From NCBI RefSeq assembly GCF_001652585.1, contig NZ_LWLG01000011.1:1-32000 (forward strand): 32,000 nt of DNA, written 5' to 3'. The notes beneath the pieces were generated by a model that was given only the letters and a program-made list of their open reading frames with translations, did no database searches and had not been told where the DNA came from. Both the position numbers and the translations under genes were made by a program. Shown here piece after piece: positions 9,100 through 17,041 of the stretch. The stretch is from Thermosulfurimonas dismutans. Its GTDB lineage: Bacteria > Desulfobacterota > Thermodesulfobacteria > Thermodesulfobacteriales > Thermodesulfobacteriaceae. Within the stretch, counting starts at the first letter, position 1; each line of letters starts with the position of its first letter.

Positions 9100-9507
9100 A
9101 TGAAAGACAGGGAAACCTTTCACGTTCCCCATCGGTTCCCGGAGTGGGTGACCTGGCTGGTCTTCGGTATCGGACTCACCGGCTCCATTTCCCTCAGGCT
9201 TATTCTCATTGCCAAGGCCTACAATCCTGAACTCATAACTTTTCTGTGGTATCTGGGGGTCTGCGGAAACACGATCTTTTTTATGTTCCGGGCTTATATT
9301 ACCGGCCGTCGACGCCGAACCATTGAAGAACTCAATCTCCTAGAAAAACTGCAAAGACGAGAGGAACTTTCCTCTACAGACATCGAGGCCTTACGTTACA
9401 TCGTATCAAGCGTTAAAATCTCTAAAGAGCGCTGGAATTATCTGATAATATTTATTTGCTCCCTGGCGGCTATTGCCTGGGATCTCTGGCTGAGGTTCGG
9501 TAAATGA
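9100..9507 (+). CDS. Hypothetical small membrane protein (about 3 predicted TM segments)
   Basis: 135 aa. Hydrophobic stretches are WVTWLVFGIGLTGSISLRLILIA, LITFLWYLGVCGNTIFFMF and YLIIFICSLAAIAWDLWL. A basic and coiled linker sits between them. I recognise no domain. Confidence 0.6.
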   Translation: MKDRETFHVPHRFPEWVTWLVFGIGLTGSISLRLILIAKAYNPELITFLWYLGVCGNTIFFMFRAYITGRRRRTIEELNLLEKLQRREELSSTDIEALRYIVSSVKISKERWNYLIIFICSLAAIAWDLWLRFGK

Positions 9508-10319
9508 CCAGATTTTCAGAGGCCATTCTTTATCCCCAGACCTATTTACGGGAGGATCTTGCAGAGCTTGCCTTCCGGGTATTAGAACGGCTCGTTCTGC
9601 TCCGGCCGGCGGAATATCCTCCCGAAGGCGTGGCTCGAAAGCTCTCCGAAGAGGACCGGGTGAGGTTCCTCTATCCTCCCCCTCTCGGAGAGAAACTCAA
9701 AACCTTTCTCGACTTGGTTTTGGGCTACGAGGAATGGGGCCTCATGATGCGCACTCCGGAGAATGTGGCCCTTTTCAAAGGGTTTTCAGAACCTCTTGAG
9801 GAGAGCGTTTCGGACATTAAAAGGGCTCTTCTCGGTGAAGAAAAAAGGGAAGATCCTATGCTTTCGGCCAGGATTGTCTTGGCCCTTGCCGAGCGCCTGG
9901 ACCAGAAACTAGAATCCCTGGACCGCGAGCTCAAAAACCTGGAAGAAAAAAGCCGTCTCCTTTCCCGTATGATCATAGGAGAGGATCTTCCCCAGACAAG
10001 GTTTACGCGCTGGGTGGTGGAAACCAGGGAGCCCTCCTGGAAACTTCACGCCCTCCCAGAAAGGATGCTCGCCTGGGCCAGGCTTGTCCCGGCACTTTCA
10101 GAAATTCCCGAAGTCCTCCTCGTTGACCAATCAGAAATCCTTGAAGAATGGAGGGATTTCGGCCCTCAAGAAGTCGAAATATTCGAACTTGAAGGATGTT
10201 CGGCAAGTGTTCGTTATCTTGAATATCCTGTTGCCCCTCAAGCCCTCCTAGCCTATCCCGAAGTCGGCCTTACCCAAAGTCCGGGAAAAACCCAAGTGCT
10301 TTTCCTAGAACGCATCTAG
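9504..10319 (+). CDS. Hypothetical acidic soluble protein (271 aa)
   Basis: Forms an ATGA overlap with the upstream membrane-protein gene. The sequence is E/L-rich and looks helical. I recognise no catalytic motif. Confidence 0.6.
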   Translation: MTRFSEAILYPQTYLREDLAELAFRVLERLVLLRPAEYPPEGVARKLSEEDRVRFLYPPPLGEKLKTFLDLVLGYEEWGLMMRTPENVALFKGFSEPLEESVSDIKRALLGEEKREDPMLSARIVLALAERLDQKLESLDRELKNLEEKSRLLSRMIIGEDLPQTRFTRWVVETREPSWKLHALPERMLAWARLVPALSEIPEVLLVDQSEILEEWRDFGPQEVEIFELEGCSASVRYLEYPVAPQALLAYPEVGLTQSPGKTQVLFLERI

Positions 10320-10337
10320 CTATTTGCCAATAGCTAG
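10316..10337. repeat. 22-nt inverted repeat CTAGCTATT-tgcc-AATAGCTAG overlapping the stop codon of the 9504-10319 gene
   Basis: The arms are a perfect 9 bp with a 4-nt loop. No T-tract follows. It could be a weak terminator hairpin or a protein-binding palindrome upstream of rubrerythrin. Confidence 0.5.
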
Positions 10338-10345
10338 AAATTAAG

Positions 10346-10366
10346 CCTAAAATTTAGGAATAAAAT
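10346..10366 (+). promoter_or_regulatory. 13-bp palindrome CCTAAAaTTTAGG immediately upstream of a TAAAAT -10-like hexamer; candidate operator and promoter of rubrerythrin
   Basis: The palindrome is at 10346-10358, TAAAAT at 10361-10366, the Shine-Dalgarno AAGGAGGA at 10373-10380 and the ATG at 10385. No good -35 hexamer is present. Confidence 0.3.
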
Positions 10367-10384
10367 TCAAATAAGGAGGATGTC

Positions 10385-10888
10385 ATGAGCAAGTCTGAGG
10401 AAAAACTGCAAGAGGCCTTTGCCGGGGAATCACAGGCAAACCGCAGGTATTTGGCCTTTGCGAAGAAAGCCGAGGAAGAGGGCTTTCCCGGCATTGCCAA
10501 GATGTTCCGGGCAGCGGCCGAGGCCGAGACCATCCACGCCCTGAACCACCTCCGGGCCATGGGGGGGATCAAGTCCACCGCCGAAAATGTGCAGGCCGCC
10601 ATACATGGTGAAACCTACGAATTCAAGACCATGTATCCGGAAATGATCGAGATCGCGGAGAAGGAGGGTAACCAAGAGGCCAAGCGGAGCTTCTTCTACG
10701 CCAACGAGGCCGAAAAGATGCACGCGGCCATGTTTGAACGGGCCCTCATGTACATTAAGGAAGGAAAAGACGCTCCCGTGGATCAGATTTATGTCTGCCC
10801 AGTTTGCGGTTACACCGTGGAGGGCTCAAGACCGGACAAATGCAAGGTTTGCTGGGCTGAAGGTTCCAAGTTTATCGAAATCAAGTAA
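10385..10888 (+). CDS. rbr: Rubrerythrin
   Basis: 167 aa. The N-terminal diiron four-helix domain reads EAFAGESQANRRYLAFAKKAEEEG...AEAETIHA. The C-terminal rubredoxin-like motif is CPVCG...CKVC. Confidence 0.95.
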   Translation: MSKSEEKLQEAFAGESQANRRYLAFAKKAEEEGFPGIAKMFRAAAEAETIHALNHLRAMGGIKSTAENVQAAIHGETYEFKTMYPEMIEIAEKEGNQEAKRSFFYANEAEKMHAAMFERALMYIKEGKDAPVDQIYVCPVCGYTVEGSRPDKCKVCWAEGSKFIEIK

Positions 10889-10894
10889 GAAAAA

Positions 10895-10912
10895 AGGGGG
10901 CTTAGGCCCCCT
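10895..10912. terminator. Intrinsic terminator hairpin between the convergent rbr and cobQ genes
   Basis: The hairpin is AGGGGGC-ttag-GCCCCCT, flanked by A6 on the plus side, which reads as a T6 tract after the hairpin on the minus strand. This is a good terminator for cobQ. It may also serve rbr, although no T-tract follows on the plus strand. Confidence 0.7.
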
Positions 10913-12336
10913 CACAACAGCTTTTCAAGCCGCTTAAAAAAGTCCCGGAAGGCCGGGTGTTCGAAGACCCGGTCAAGATTAGCGGTTACGGTTTCGGAGT
11001 AGGCTCTGGTAGGCCTTTCCGGAAGGCCAACCGCTTGCCGTATGTAATTCAAAAGGGCCTCCCGAAAGCGATCATTAAAGAAGATTCCATGGAGGTAAGT
11101 CCCCAAAATTCGGTCGTCGGAAAGACTGAGGATCTCCCGGCCATCGAGGAAGCTTCGGCCGTAACGGATCTCAAAACCTGATAAAGAGGTCCGCCAGAAA
11201 GGAAAATCCGGTTGGTCCTCAATACGACCAGCCCTCTTGGGGGTCCGAAAGATAGTCTCGTGGGGCAGAAGGCCCAGGGCTTCCTCCTCTCCGGAAAATT
11301 CTAGGCCCTCAGGATCCCGAATTAGGCGCCCCAGAATCTGAAACCCCCCACAGAGACCCAAAATGAACTTCTCCCGGGAGAGCTCCCGGAGGAGCTCAAA
11401 GACTCCGGTTTCCTTAAGCCAACGGAGGCTCTTGGCGGTATTTCGAGAACCCGGAAGGATAATGAGGTGGGCCTCTGCGAGCACCCGGGGCTCGGTGGTG
11501 AAGAGTAGCTCTACCCCTTCCTCGTGTCTTAAGGGGTCAAGATCCAAAAAATTGGCGAGGTAGGGATAGGCCAAGACTGCCACCTTCAGGCCATTACCGG
11601 AAAATCCCCGGTTTGAAAATTCAAGGGAGGCGCTATCCTCCTCAAGGAAATGTTCGGAGAGATAGGGAAGAAGCCCCAAGGCCGGTTTTCCGGTTTTTTC
11701 CTCAAGGATCTTGAGCCCCTCCTCAAAGAGGGCCGGTTCACCCCGAAACTTGTTCACCACAAAGCCTATAGATTGGGCCTTAAGCTCCGACACCAGCTCA
11801 TAGGTACCCCAGATCTGGGCGAAAATCCCACCCCGATCTATTTCTCCGATGAGGACATAAGGTATGCGGTAAGTTTTGAGGAGTTCGTAGTTAGCGAGAT
11901 CCCCCTCTAAGAGGTTGAGCTCTGCGAGACCCCCGGCCCCTTCTACCACCACGAGGTCGTTTTCGGCTAGAAGCTCCTCGAAGATACCGAAAACCCTCTC
12001 CCGGTAGGCCCGGCGGAATTCCCTAAATTCTCCGGCAGGAAGCACCCCCTGAGGGCGACCCAAATAGATAATTTCGGCCTTTCTTTCGGCAAGGGGCTTC
12101 AAGAGCAGGGGGTTCATGCGTACAGAGGGTTTGCGGCCGGCAGCCAGGGCCTGATAGGCCTGGGCCCAAGCCATCTCCCCCTCCTCGGTGGCGAGTGCGT
12201 TTAAGGACATGTTCTGGGCCTTGAAGGGGGCCACCCGAAGCCCTTTACTGGCGAAGTATCGGCAGGCAAGGGCCACAAGAAGACTTTTCCCTACCGAAGA
12301 CATGGTGCCCACGAAGGCCAGAGCCTTTGCCTGCAC
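10912..12336 (-). CDS. cobQ: Cobyric acid synthase CobQ/CbiP
   Basis: 474 aa. The N-terminal P-loop-like region is FVGTMSSVGKS. The C-terminal glutamine amidotransferase has LGLCGGFQILG and GTYLHGIF. The GTG start is preceded by GGGAGGT. Confidence 0.94.
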   Translation of the reverse strand: MQAKALAFVGTMSSVGKSLLVALACRYFASKGLRVAPFKAQNMSLNALATEEGEMAWAQAYQALAAGRKPSVRMNPLLLKPLAERKAEIIYLGRPQGVLPAGEFREFRRAYRERVFGIFEELLAENDLVVVEGAGGLAELNLLEGDLANYELLKTYRIPYVLIGEIDRGGIFAQIWGTYELVSELKAQSIGFVVNKFRGEPALFEEGLKILEEKTGKPALGLLPYLSEHFLEEDSASLEFSNRGFSGNGLKVAVLAYPYLANFLDLDPLRHEEGVELLFTTEPRVLAEAHLIILPGSRNTAKSLRWLKETGVFELLRELSREKFILGLCGGFQILGRLIRDPEGLEFSGEEEALGLLPHETIFRTPKRAGRIEDQPDFPFWRTSLSGFEIRYGRSFLDGREILSLSDDRILGTYLHGIFFNDRFREALLNYIRQAVGLPERPTRAYSETVTANLDRVFEHPAFRDFFKRLEKLL

Positions 12337-12352
12337 TTTACCTCCCTTCAGG

Positions 12353-12381
12353 TTGGTTTTCCCCTCAGAGAAGTTTAAAAT
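12353..12381 (+). promoter_or_regulatory. Candidate dnaX promoter TTGGTT-17-TAAAAT, with the ATG 11 nt downstream
   Basis: TTGGTT is at 12353-12358, TAAAAT at 12376-12381 and the ATG at 12393. The intervening sequence aaaaccctgaa has no Shine-Dalgarno sequence. Confidence 0.5.
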
Positions 12382-12392
12382 AAAACCCTGAA

Positions 12393-13919
12393 ATGGCCTA
12401 CCTAGTGCTTGCCCGGAAATATCGTCCGCAGAAGTTCTCCGAGGTGGTGGGGCAACCGCATGTGGTCCGCACTCTGCAGAACGCCCTGCGGATGGGTCGC
12501 CTGGCTCACGCCTTGCTTTTTTCCGGTATACGGGGGGTGGGAAAAACCACGGTCGCTCGTATCGTAGCCAAGGCCTTAAATTGTGAAAACGGGGAGCCTG
12601 ATGAACCTTGCAACACCTGTATCCCCTGTCGGGAGATCACAGAAGGTCGATCCATGGATGTCATTGAAATAGATGCCGCTTCCAACCGCGGAATAGATGA
12701 AATCCGTCAACTACGGGAAAACCTCAAGTTCATGCCCACCCGAGGCCGGGCCAAGGTTTACATCATAGACGAGGCCCACATGCTTACCCGTGAGGCCGCA
12801 AACGCCTTACTCAAATCTCTTGAGGAGCCTCCACCTCATGTGTACTTCATCCTGGCCACTACCGAGCCTCACCGGCTCCCGGTCACCATTCTTTCCCGGT
12901 GCCAGCGTTACGATTTCAAACGCCTGCCGATAAATACCCTGGTGGAGTATCTCAAAGAGATATGCACTAGTGAAGGCGTGGAAATAGAGGAGACGGCCCT
13001 GGTCCTCATTGCCAGGGAGTCCGAGGGAAGCCTTCGTGACGCCCTCTCGCTTTTAGATCAAGCTCTGGCCTATGGAGTTAAAACCAGAGAGGAACTGCTT
13101 CAGGCCTTCGGCTTTGCGGAAACCGAAATGGTGGAAGCCCTCGCCCGGGCCTTAATTCGGCGGGATCTTGCGGAGGTCTTCCGGCTTTCGGAGGAGGCCT
13201 ACCGTAAGGGCGTGGATCTGATCTATCTTTCTGAAAACCTTACAGAATTTTTCCGCAATCTTTTGAGCTTCAAGATAAGCCCCGAGGGTCTGAAGGAAGA
13301 TTTATCTCCGGCGGAAGCCGCTCTCCTGCGAGAGTTTTCCATGGACGTGGAAACCGAAGAGGCTCTCCTTCTCTTCCAGCACCTCCTCAAAGGCACGGAA
13401 GCCTTGAAGCGTAGCCATTATCCCCATCTCTCCTTTGAGCTCACCCTGGCCCGCATCTGCGAAATAGGAAAGGTGGTCTCTCTGAGGGAGATCTTTCAAA
13501 AACTTAAAGAACTTTCCGAAAAATATCCAGAGATTCCTGCACAAACTGGAGTTTCCCGGCGGAGTGAAAAATCCCCCTATCCAAAGTCCTCCCTCTCATG
13601 GGAAGAGATCTTATCGGAAATAAAGAATGAAAGCCCGGCCTTAGCGGCTTTTCTCTCGACTCTTGAGGCTCCCCTGGAAGAAGGCGATCGTCTGGTCCTC
13701 TCCGTACCCCCAGGGGGGCTACTCGAAGACGAAGACCTCCGCGAAAGGCTCAAAGGGCTGGTCTTCAAAAAAACTGGTCGCGAGCTAGAGATCAGAACCA
13801 AAACCGAAGAACATAATTTCCGGGAGAAGCTTCTCGAAAGGCCGGAGGTTAAAGAAGCTCTGGCCATTTTCGGGGGCAAAATAGCCTGGATAAAACCCCA
13901 TCAAAGGAGTGAAACATGA
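12393..13919 (+). CDS. dnaX: DNA polymerase III subunit gamma/tau
   Basis: Walker A is GIRGVGKTT, the zinc module is [16 protein letters not shown], Walker B is YIIDEAHML and the sensor is SRCQRYDF. Confidence 0.95.
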   Translation: MAYLVLARKYRPQKFSEVVGQPHVVRTLQNALRMGRLAHALLFSGIRGVGKTTVARIVAKALNCENGEPDEPCNTCIPCREITEGRSMDVIEIDAASNRGIDEIRQLRENLKFMPTRGRAKVYIIDEAHMLTREAANALLKSLEEPPPHVYFILATTEPHRLPVTILSRCQRYDFKRLPINTLVEYLKEICTSEGVEIEETALVLIARESEGSLRDALSLLDQALAYGVKTREELLQAFGFAETEMVEALARALIRRDLAEVFRLSEEAYRKGVDLIYLSENLTEFFRNLLSFKISPEGLKEDLSPAEAALLREFSMDVETEEALLLFQHLLKGTEALKRSHYPHLSFELTLARICEIGKVVSLREIFQKLKELSEKYPEIPAQTGVSRRSEKSPYPKSSLSWEEILSEIKNESPALAAFLSTLEAPLEEGDRLVLSVPPGGLLEDEDLRERLKGLVFKKTGRELEIRTKTEEHNFREKLLERPEVKEALAIFGGKIAWIKPHQRSET

Positions 13920-14233
13920 TACCACCTCAGATGCAACAGCTAATGAAACAGGTCCAGAAGATCCAGAAGAGGATGGCTGAGCTCCAGGAGGAGCTGGCTG
14001 AAAAGACAATTTCGGCCAGTGCCGGAGGCGGGATGGTAACCGCGGTTGTAAACGGTCGTCAGGAACTGGTTTCCTTAAAGATCGAACCCGAGGTTCTGAA
14101 TCCCGACGACAAGGAGATGCTCGAGGACCTCATCGTGGCCGCGGTCAACGAAGCCTTACGGCGCTCGCAAGAGATGGTTCAAGAGGAGATGGCCAAGATC
14201 ACCGGAGGATTGAAGATCCCAGGGCTGTTTTAA
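13916..14233 (+). CDS. ybaB: YbaB/EbfC family nucleoid-associated protein
   Basis: 105 aa. The sequence reads [22 protein letters not shown]...[25 protein letters not shown]. It sits in the conserved dnaX-ybaB-recR arrangement and forms an ATGA overlap with dnaX. Confidence 0.93.
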   Translation: MIPPQMQQLMKQVQKIQKRMAELQEELAEKTISASAGGGMVTAVVNGRQELVSLKIEPEVLNPDDKEMLEDLIVAAVNEALRRSQEMVQEEMAKITGGLKIPGLF

Positions 14234-14236
14234 GGC

Positions 14237-14836
14237 ATGGAGGGGGTATTTCCAGAACCCCTTAGGCAGGCTATAAAGGCTCTGGCCTTTCTTCCGGGGC
14301 TGGGGGAAAAGAGCGCCACCCGGCTGGCTCTCTATCTGGTTCGGCGACCGGAACGGGCCGAGGAACTGGCGGCCGCTTTGAGGGCTCTATCCCGCATTAA
14401 ACTCTGCCGGGAGTGCGGAAACTTCACCGAAGCCGAACTTTGCGGCCTGTGCGCCAGCCCTGATCGGGACCGTTCGGTAATCTGCGTGGTGGAGGATCCC
14501 GCAGCCCTTTCGGCCATTGAGTCCGCCGGGGTCTTTCACGGTCGCTATCACGTGCTCCACGGGGTGCTCTCTCCCCGGGATGGTCTTGGCCCGGAAGAAC
14601 TTAGGATCCCGGAACTTCTTGAGCGGGTAAGAAAGGACAACGTGCAAGAAGTTCTGATAGGTCTTTCTCCTACCGCAGCCGGAGAGGCCACCGCGGCTTA
14701 CATTGTCGAACTGCTAAACGACCTCCCGGTGAGAGTCACGCGGCTGGCCTGCGGGCTGGCCCTGGGGATGGAAGTCCGCTACGCCGACCACCTCACTCTA
14801 AAACGGGCCTTACTATCCCGGGAGGTCTTGAAATAA
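14237..14836 (+). CDS. recR: Recombination protein RecR
   Basis: 199 aa. It has an N-terminal HhH region, the zinc finger CRECGNFTEAELCGLC, and a Toprim region (ICVVEDP). Confidence 0.96.
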   Translation: MEGVFPEPLRQAIKALAFLPGLGEKSATRLALYLVRRPERAEELAAALRALSRIKLCRECGNFTEAELCGLCASPDRDRSVICVVEDPAALSAIESAGVFHGRYHVLHGVLSPRDGLGPEELRIPELLERVRKDNVQEVLIGLSPTAAGEATAAYIVELLNDLPVRVTRLACGLALGMEVRYADHLTLKRALLSREVLK

Positions 14837-15361
14837 CTATTTCTCTATCCCCACCCGTGCGGGAACCCCTTTCCGGTAATAGTGTTTGACCTCTCGCATT
14901 TCTGTGACGAGATCAGCCATCTCCAATAGAGGCTCCGGGGCGTTTCTGCCGGTTAAAACTACTTCCACCGAAGAAGGCCTCTTCCTTAAAGTCTCGAGGA
15001 CTTCCGTCAGGGTAACCAGTCCCATAGACAGGGCCATGTTGATTTCATCAAGCACCACCACCTGAAACTCGCCGCTGGCAATAATCTCTCGGGCCTTACG
15101 CCAGCCTTCGGTAACCGCCCGTCTTACGGCCTCATCCGGCTGCCCCCGGACGAAGCCCCCTTCGTGGAACTGGAGGATCTCTACTTGGGGCCTAAAGGTA
15201 GAAAGGGCTCGAATCTCGCTATACTCGCCCTTTTTGAGGAACTGGATAAAAGCCACCTTAAGACCCGCCCCAAGGGCCCTCAAGGCAAGCCCCAACGCAG
15301 CCGTAGTCTTCCCCTTGCCGTTTCCGGTATAGACTTGGATGTAACCTTTGAAATCCTTCAA
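14837..15361 (-). CDS. cobO: Cob(I)yrinic acid a,c-diamide / cob(I)alamin adenosyltransferase (CobO/BtuR type)
   Basis: The P-loop reads GYIQVYTGNGKGKTTAALG. I trimmed the track ORF (which runs to 15454) to the TTG at 15361-15359, which forms a TTGA overlap with the nadE stop. The 31-aa extension in the track lies inside nadE and does not look like CobO. Confidence 0.85.
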   Translation of the reverse strand: MKDFKGYIQVYTGNGKGKTTAALGLALRALGAGLKVAFIQFLKKGEYSEIRALSTFRPQVEILQFHEGGFVRGQPDEAVRRAVTEGWRKAREIIASGEFQVVVLDEINMALSMGLVTLTEVLETLRKRPSSVEVVLTGRNAPEPLLEMADLVTEMREVKHYYRKGVPARVGIEK

Positions 15362-17001
15362 CTTTCCTCCATCTTGAAACGATGAGCAATGGGGTAACAC
15401 CAGCCATAGCCGAAGGCCTGAGGGGATACCCGCAGGGTAGGTGGAAGCTGCCAACGCTTGAATTCAGACCGTCTCAAACGCCGCAAGACCTCCCGCACCA
15501 CCTCCCGGGAGATGCCACGATCAACGATCTCTTCCGGCGAAACTCCCTCCTCCACATAGGCTCGAACCACATTGTTTACCAGATGATAGGGTGGTAAATC
15601 GTCCTCGTCCCTCTGATCTGGACGGAGTTCGGCCGAAGGGGGTTTACGAATCACCCTTTCGGGAATAATTGGGCGCTCCCGGTTGATTTCAAAGGCCAGC
15701 TCATAGACCCAATCCTTGGTAAGATCCCCCAAAACCGAAAGGGCCCCACAAGTGTCACCGTAAAGGGTGCAATAGCCCACCGCGATCTCGCTCTTGTTAC
15801 CGGTATTGAGCACCAGATACCCCTTGAACCGGTTGGAGAGGGCCATGAGGAGATTACCACGGATCCGGGCCTGAAGGTTTTCCTCCACAACCCCGGAAAC
15901 CTCTTCCCCCAGCCCCTCCTCAAGCACCCCCTTCATCACACGCAAAGGCTCCTCAATGGGAAACTTCAAGGTTCGGATACCAAGATTCCGAGCAAGTTCT
16001 AGGGCGTCCTCCTCGCTCTCCGGAGCGTTGTAGGGCGAAGGCATGATGACCCCGATCACGTTTTCAGCCCCGAGGGCCTTCACCGCCAAAACCGCCGTAA
16101 CCGAGGAATCGATCCCTCCCGAAAGTCCGATAATAGCCCCTCGGGCTCCCACCTTTCTGAAAAAGTCCCGAAGACCAAGCACTAAGGCTTTGATAAGGGA
16201 CTCGGGGAGCCTCTCCGAGACCGGATTGATCAGTCCTTCACCGGTCTCAAGGTCGTAAAAGATGAGATCCTCCTCGAAATCTCTTGCCCGGGCAAGGAGA
16301 TCTCCCTTGGGAGAAAGCACCAGGCTCTGGCCGTCGAAGATAAGGTGATCCTGAGCTCCAACCTGATTACAATAAAAGATGAAGGTCTGAGACCGGCGGG
16401 CCTTTTCTGCAAAGAGATTACGCCTAAGCTCCCCTTTACCGAGATGAAAAGGGCTGGAGGAAAGATTGATGAGGATCTCCGCTCCGGACTTCCGGAGTTC
16501 CTTCACAGGATCTACAGGATAGAGATTCGGCACGTATCCGGGCTCGTTCCAGAGATCCTCACAAATAGTAAGCCCTAGTCGCCGCCCTTGAAATTCGAAG
16601 ATCTCGAAGCTCCGGCCTTCGGTAAAGTAGCGTGGTTCTTCATAGATATCGTAGTAAGGGATGAGGGCTTTGCGATAGCGAAATAGAACGCGTCCCTCGA
16701 CTATGACGGCTGCGGTGTTGAACAGAGGTTTTCCGTAGTTCTGATTCCTTTCGGGATAGCCCACGATTATGGCCGGATAGCTTATCTCCTTGACCAGGCC
16801 CTTAAGTACCTTCTCTACCGCCCCCAGAAATTCCGTCCGAAGCAGGAGATCCCTAGGGGGATATCCGCAAAGGGAGAGCTCCGGGAATACCACTAAATCC
16901 GCCGCAAAGGCCTGAGCTTTCTCGTAAAAGGCTAGGATTTTACTTAAATTACCCTCTAGATCTCCGACCGTAGGATTGATCTGGGCCAGGGCTATCCTCA
17001 T
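15358..17001 (-). CDS. nadE: Glutamine-dependent NAD+ synthetase
   Basis: The N-terminal CN-hydrolase domain has FPELSLCGYPP and LTICEDLW. The C-terminal PP-loop is GLSGGIDSS. I trimmed the start to the ATG at 17001 (MRIALAQINPTVGD), which removes the overlap with lptD. Confidence 0.93.
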   Translation of the reverse strand: MRIALAQINPTVGDLEGNLSKILAFYEKAQAFAADLVVFPELSLCGYPPRDLLLRTEFLGAVEKVLKGLVKEISYPAIIVGYPERNQNYGKPLFNTAAVIVEGRVLFRYRKALIPYYDIYEEPRYFTEGRSFEIFEFQGRRLGLTICEDLWNEPGYVPNLYPVDPVKELRKSGAEILINLSSSPFHLGKGELRRNLFAEKARRSQTFIFYCNQVGAQDHLIFDGQSLVLSPKGDLLARARDFEEDLIFYDLETGEGLINPVSERLPESLIKALVLGLRDFFRKVGARGAIIGLSGGIDSSVTAVLAVKALGAENVIGVIMPSPYNAPESEEDALELARNLGIRTLKFPIEEPLRVMKGVLEEGLGEEVSGVVEENLQARIRGNLLMALSNRFKGYLVLNTGNKSEIAVGYCTLYGDTCGALSVLGDLTKDWVYELAFEINRERPIIPERVIRKPPSAELRPDQRDEDDLPPYHLVNNVVRAYVEEGVSPEEIVDRGISREVVREVLRRLRRSEFKRWQLPPTLRVSPQAFGYGWCYPIAHRFKMEES

Positions 17002-17008
17002 GGAGGAA

Positions 17009-17037
17009 AGACTATTACGGAGGTCTCCCGCGGTCAA
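17009..17037 (-). promoter_or_regulatory. Candidate nadE promoter TTGACC-17-TAGTCT followed by 7 nt and the ATG
   Basis: On the minus strand TTGACC is at 17037..17032, TAGTCT at 17014..17009 and the ATG at 17001. The intervening ttcctcc has no Shine-Dalgarno sequence. The promoter sits in the 40-nt gap after lptD. Confidence 0.45.
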
Positions 17038-17041
17038 GCCG

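Noticed and set aside
12337-12392. An SRP (4.5S/scRNA) gene upstream of dnaX, as in Bacillus-type loci, or a cobalamin riboswitch upstream of cobQ.
   Set aside because: The divergent gap is only 56 nt and is filled by the cobQ Shine-Dalgarno sequence and a dnaX promoter-like element. That is too short for either RNA, and no conserved SRP or B12-box sequence is visible.
13768-13774. An A7 run in dnaX as a possible gamma/tau frameshift or transcriptional-slippage site.
   Set aside because: It lies about 50 codons from the 3' end of the gene, far downstream of where gamma is produced in known systems. A slip there would barely shorten the protein. I saw no slippery heptamer with a downstream structure at mid-gene.
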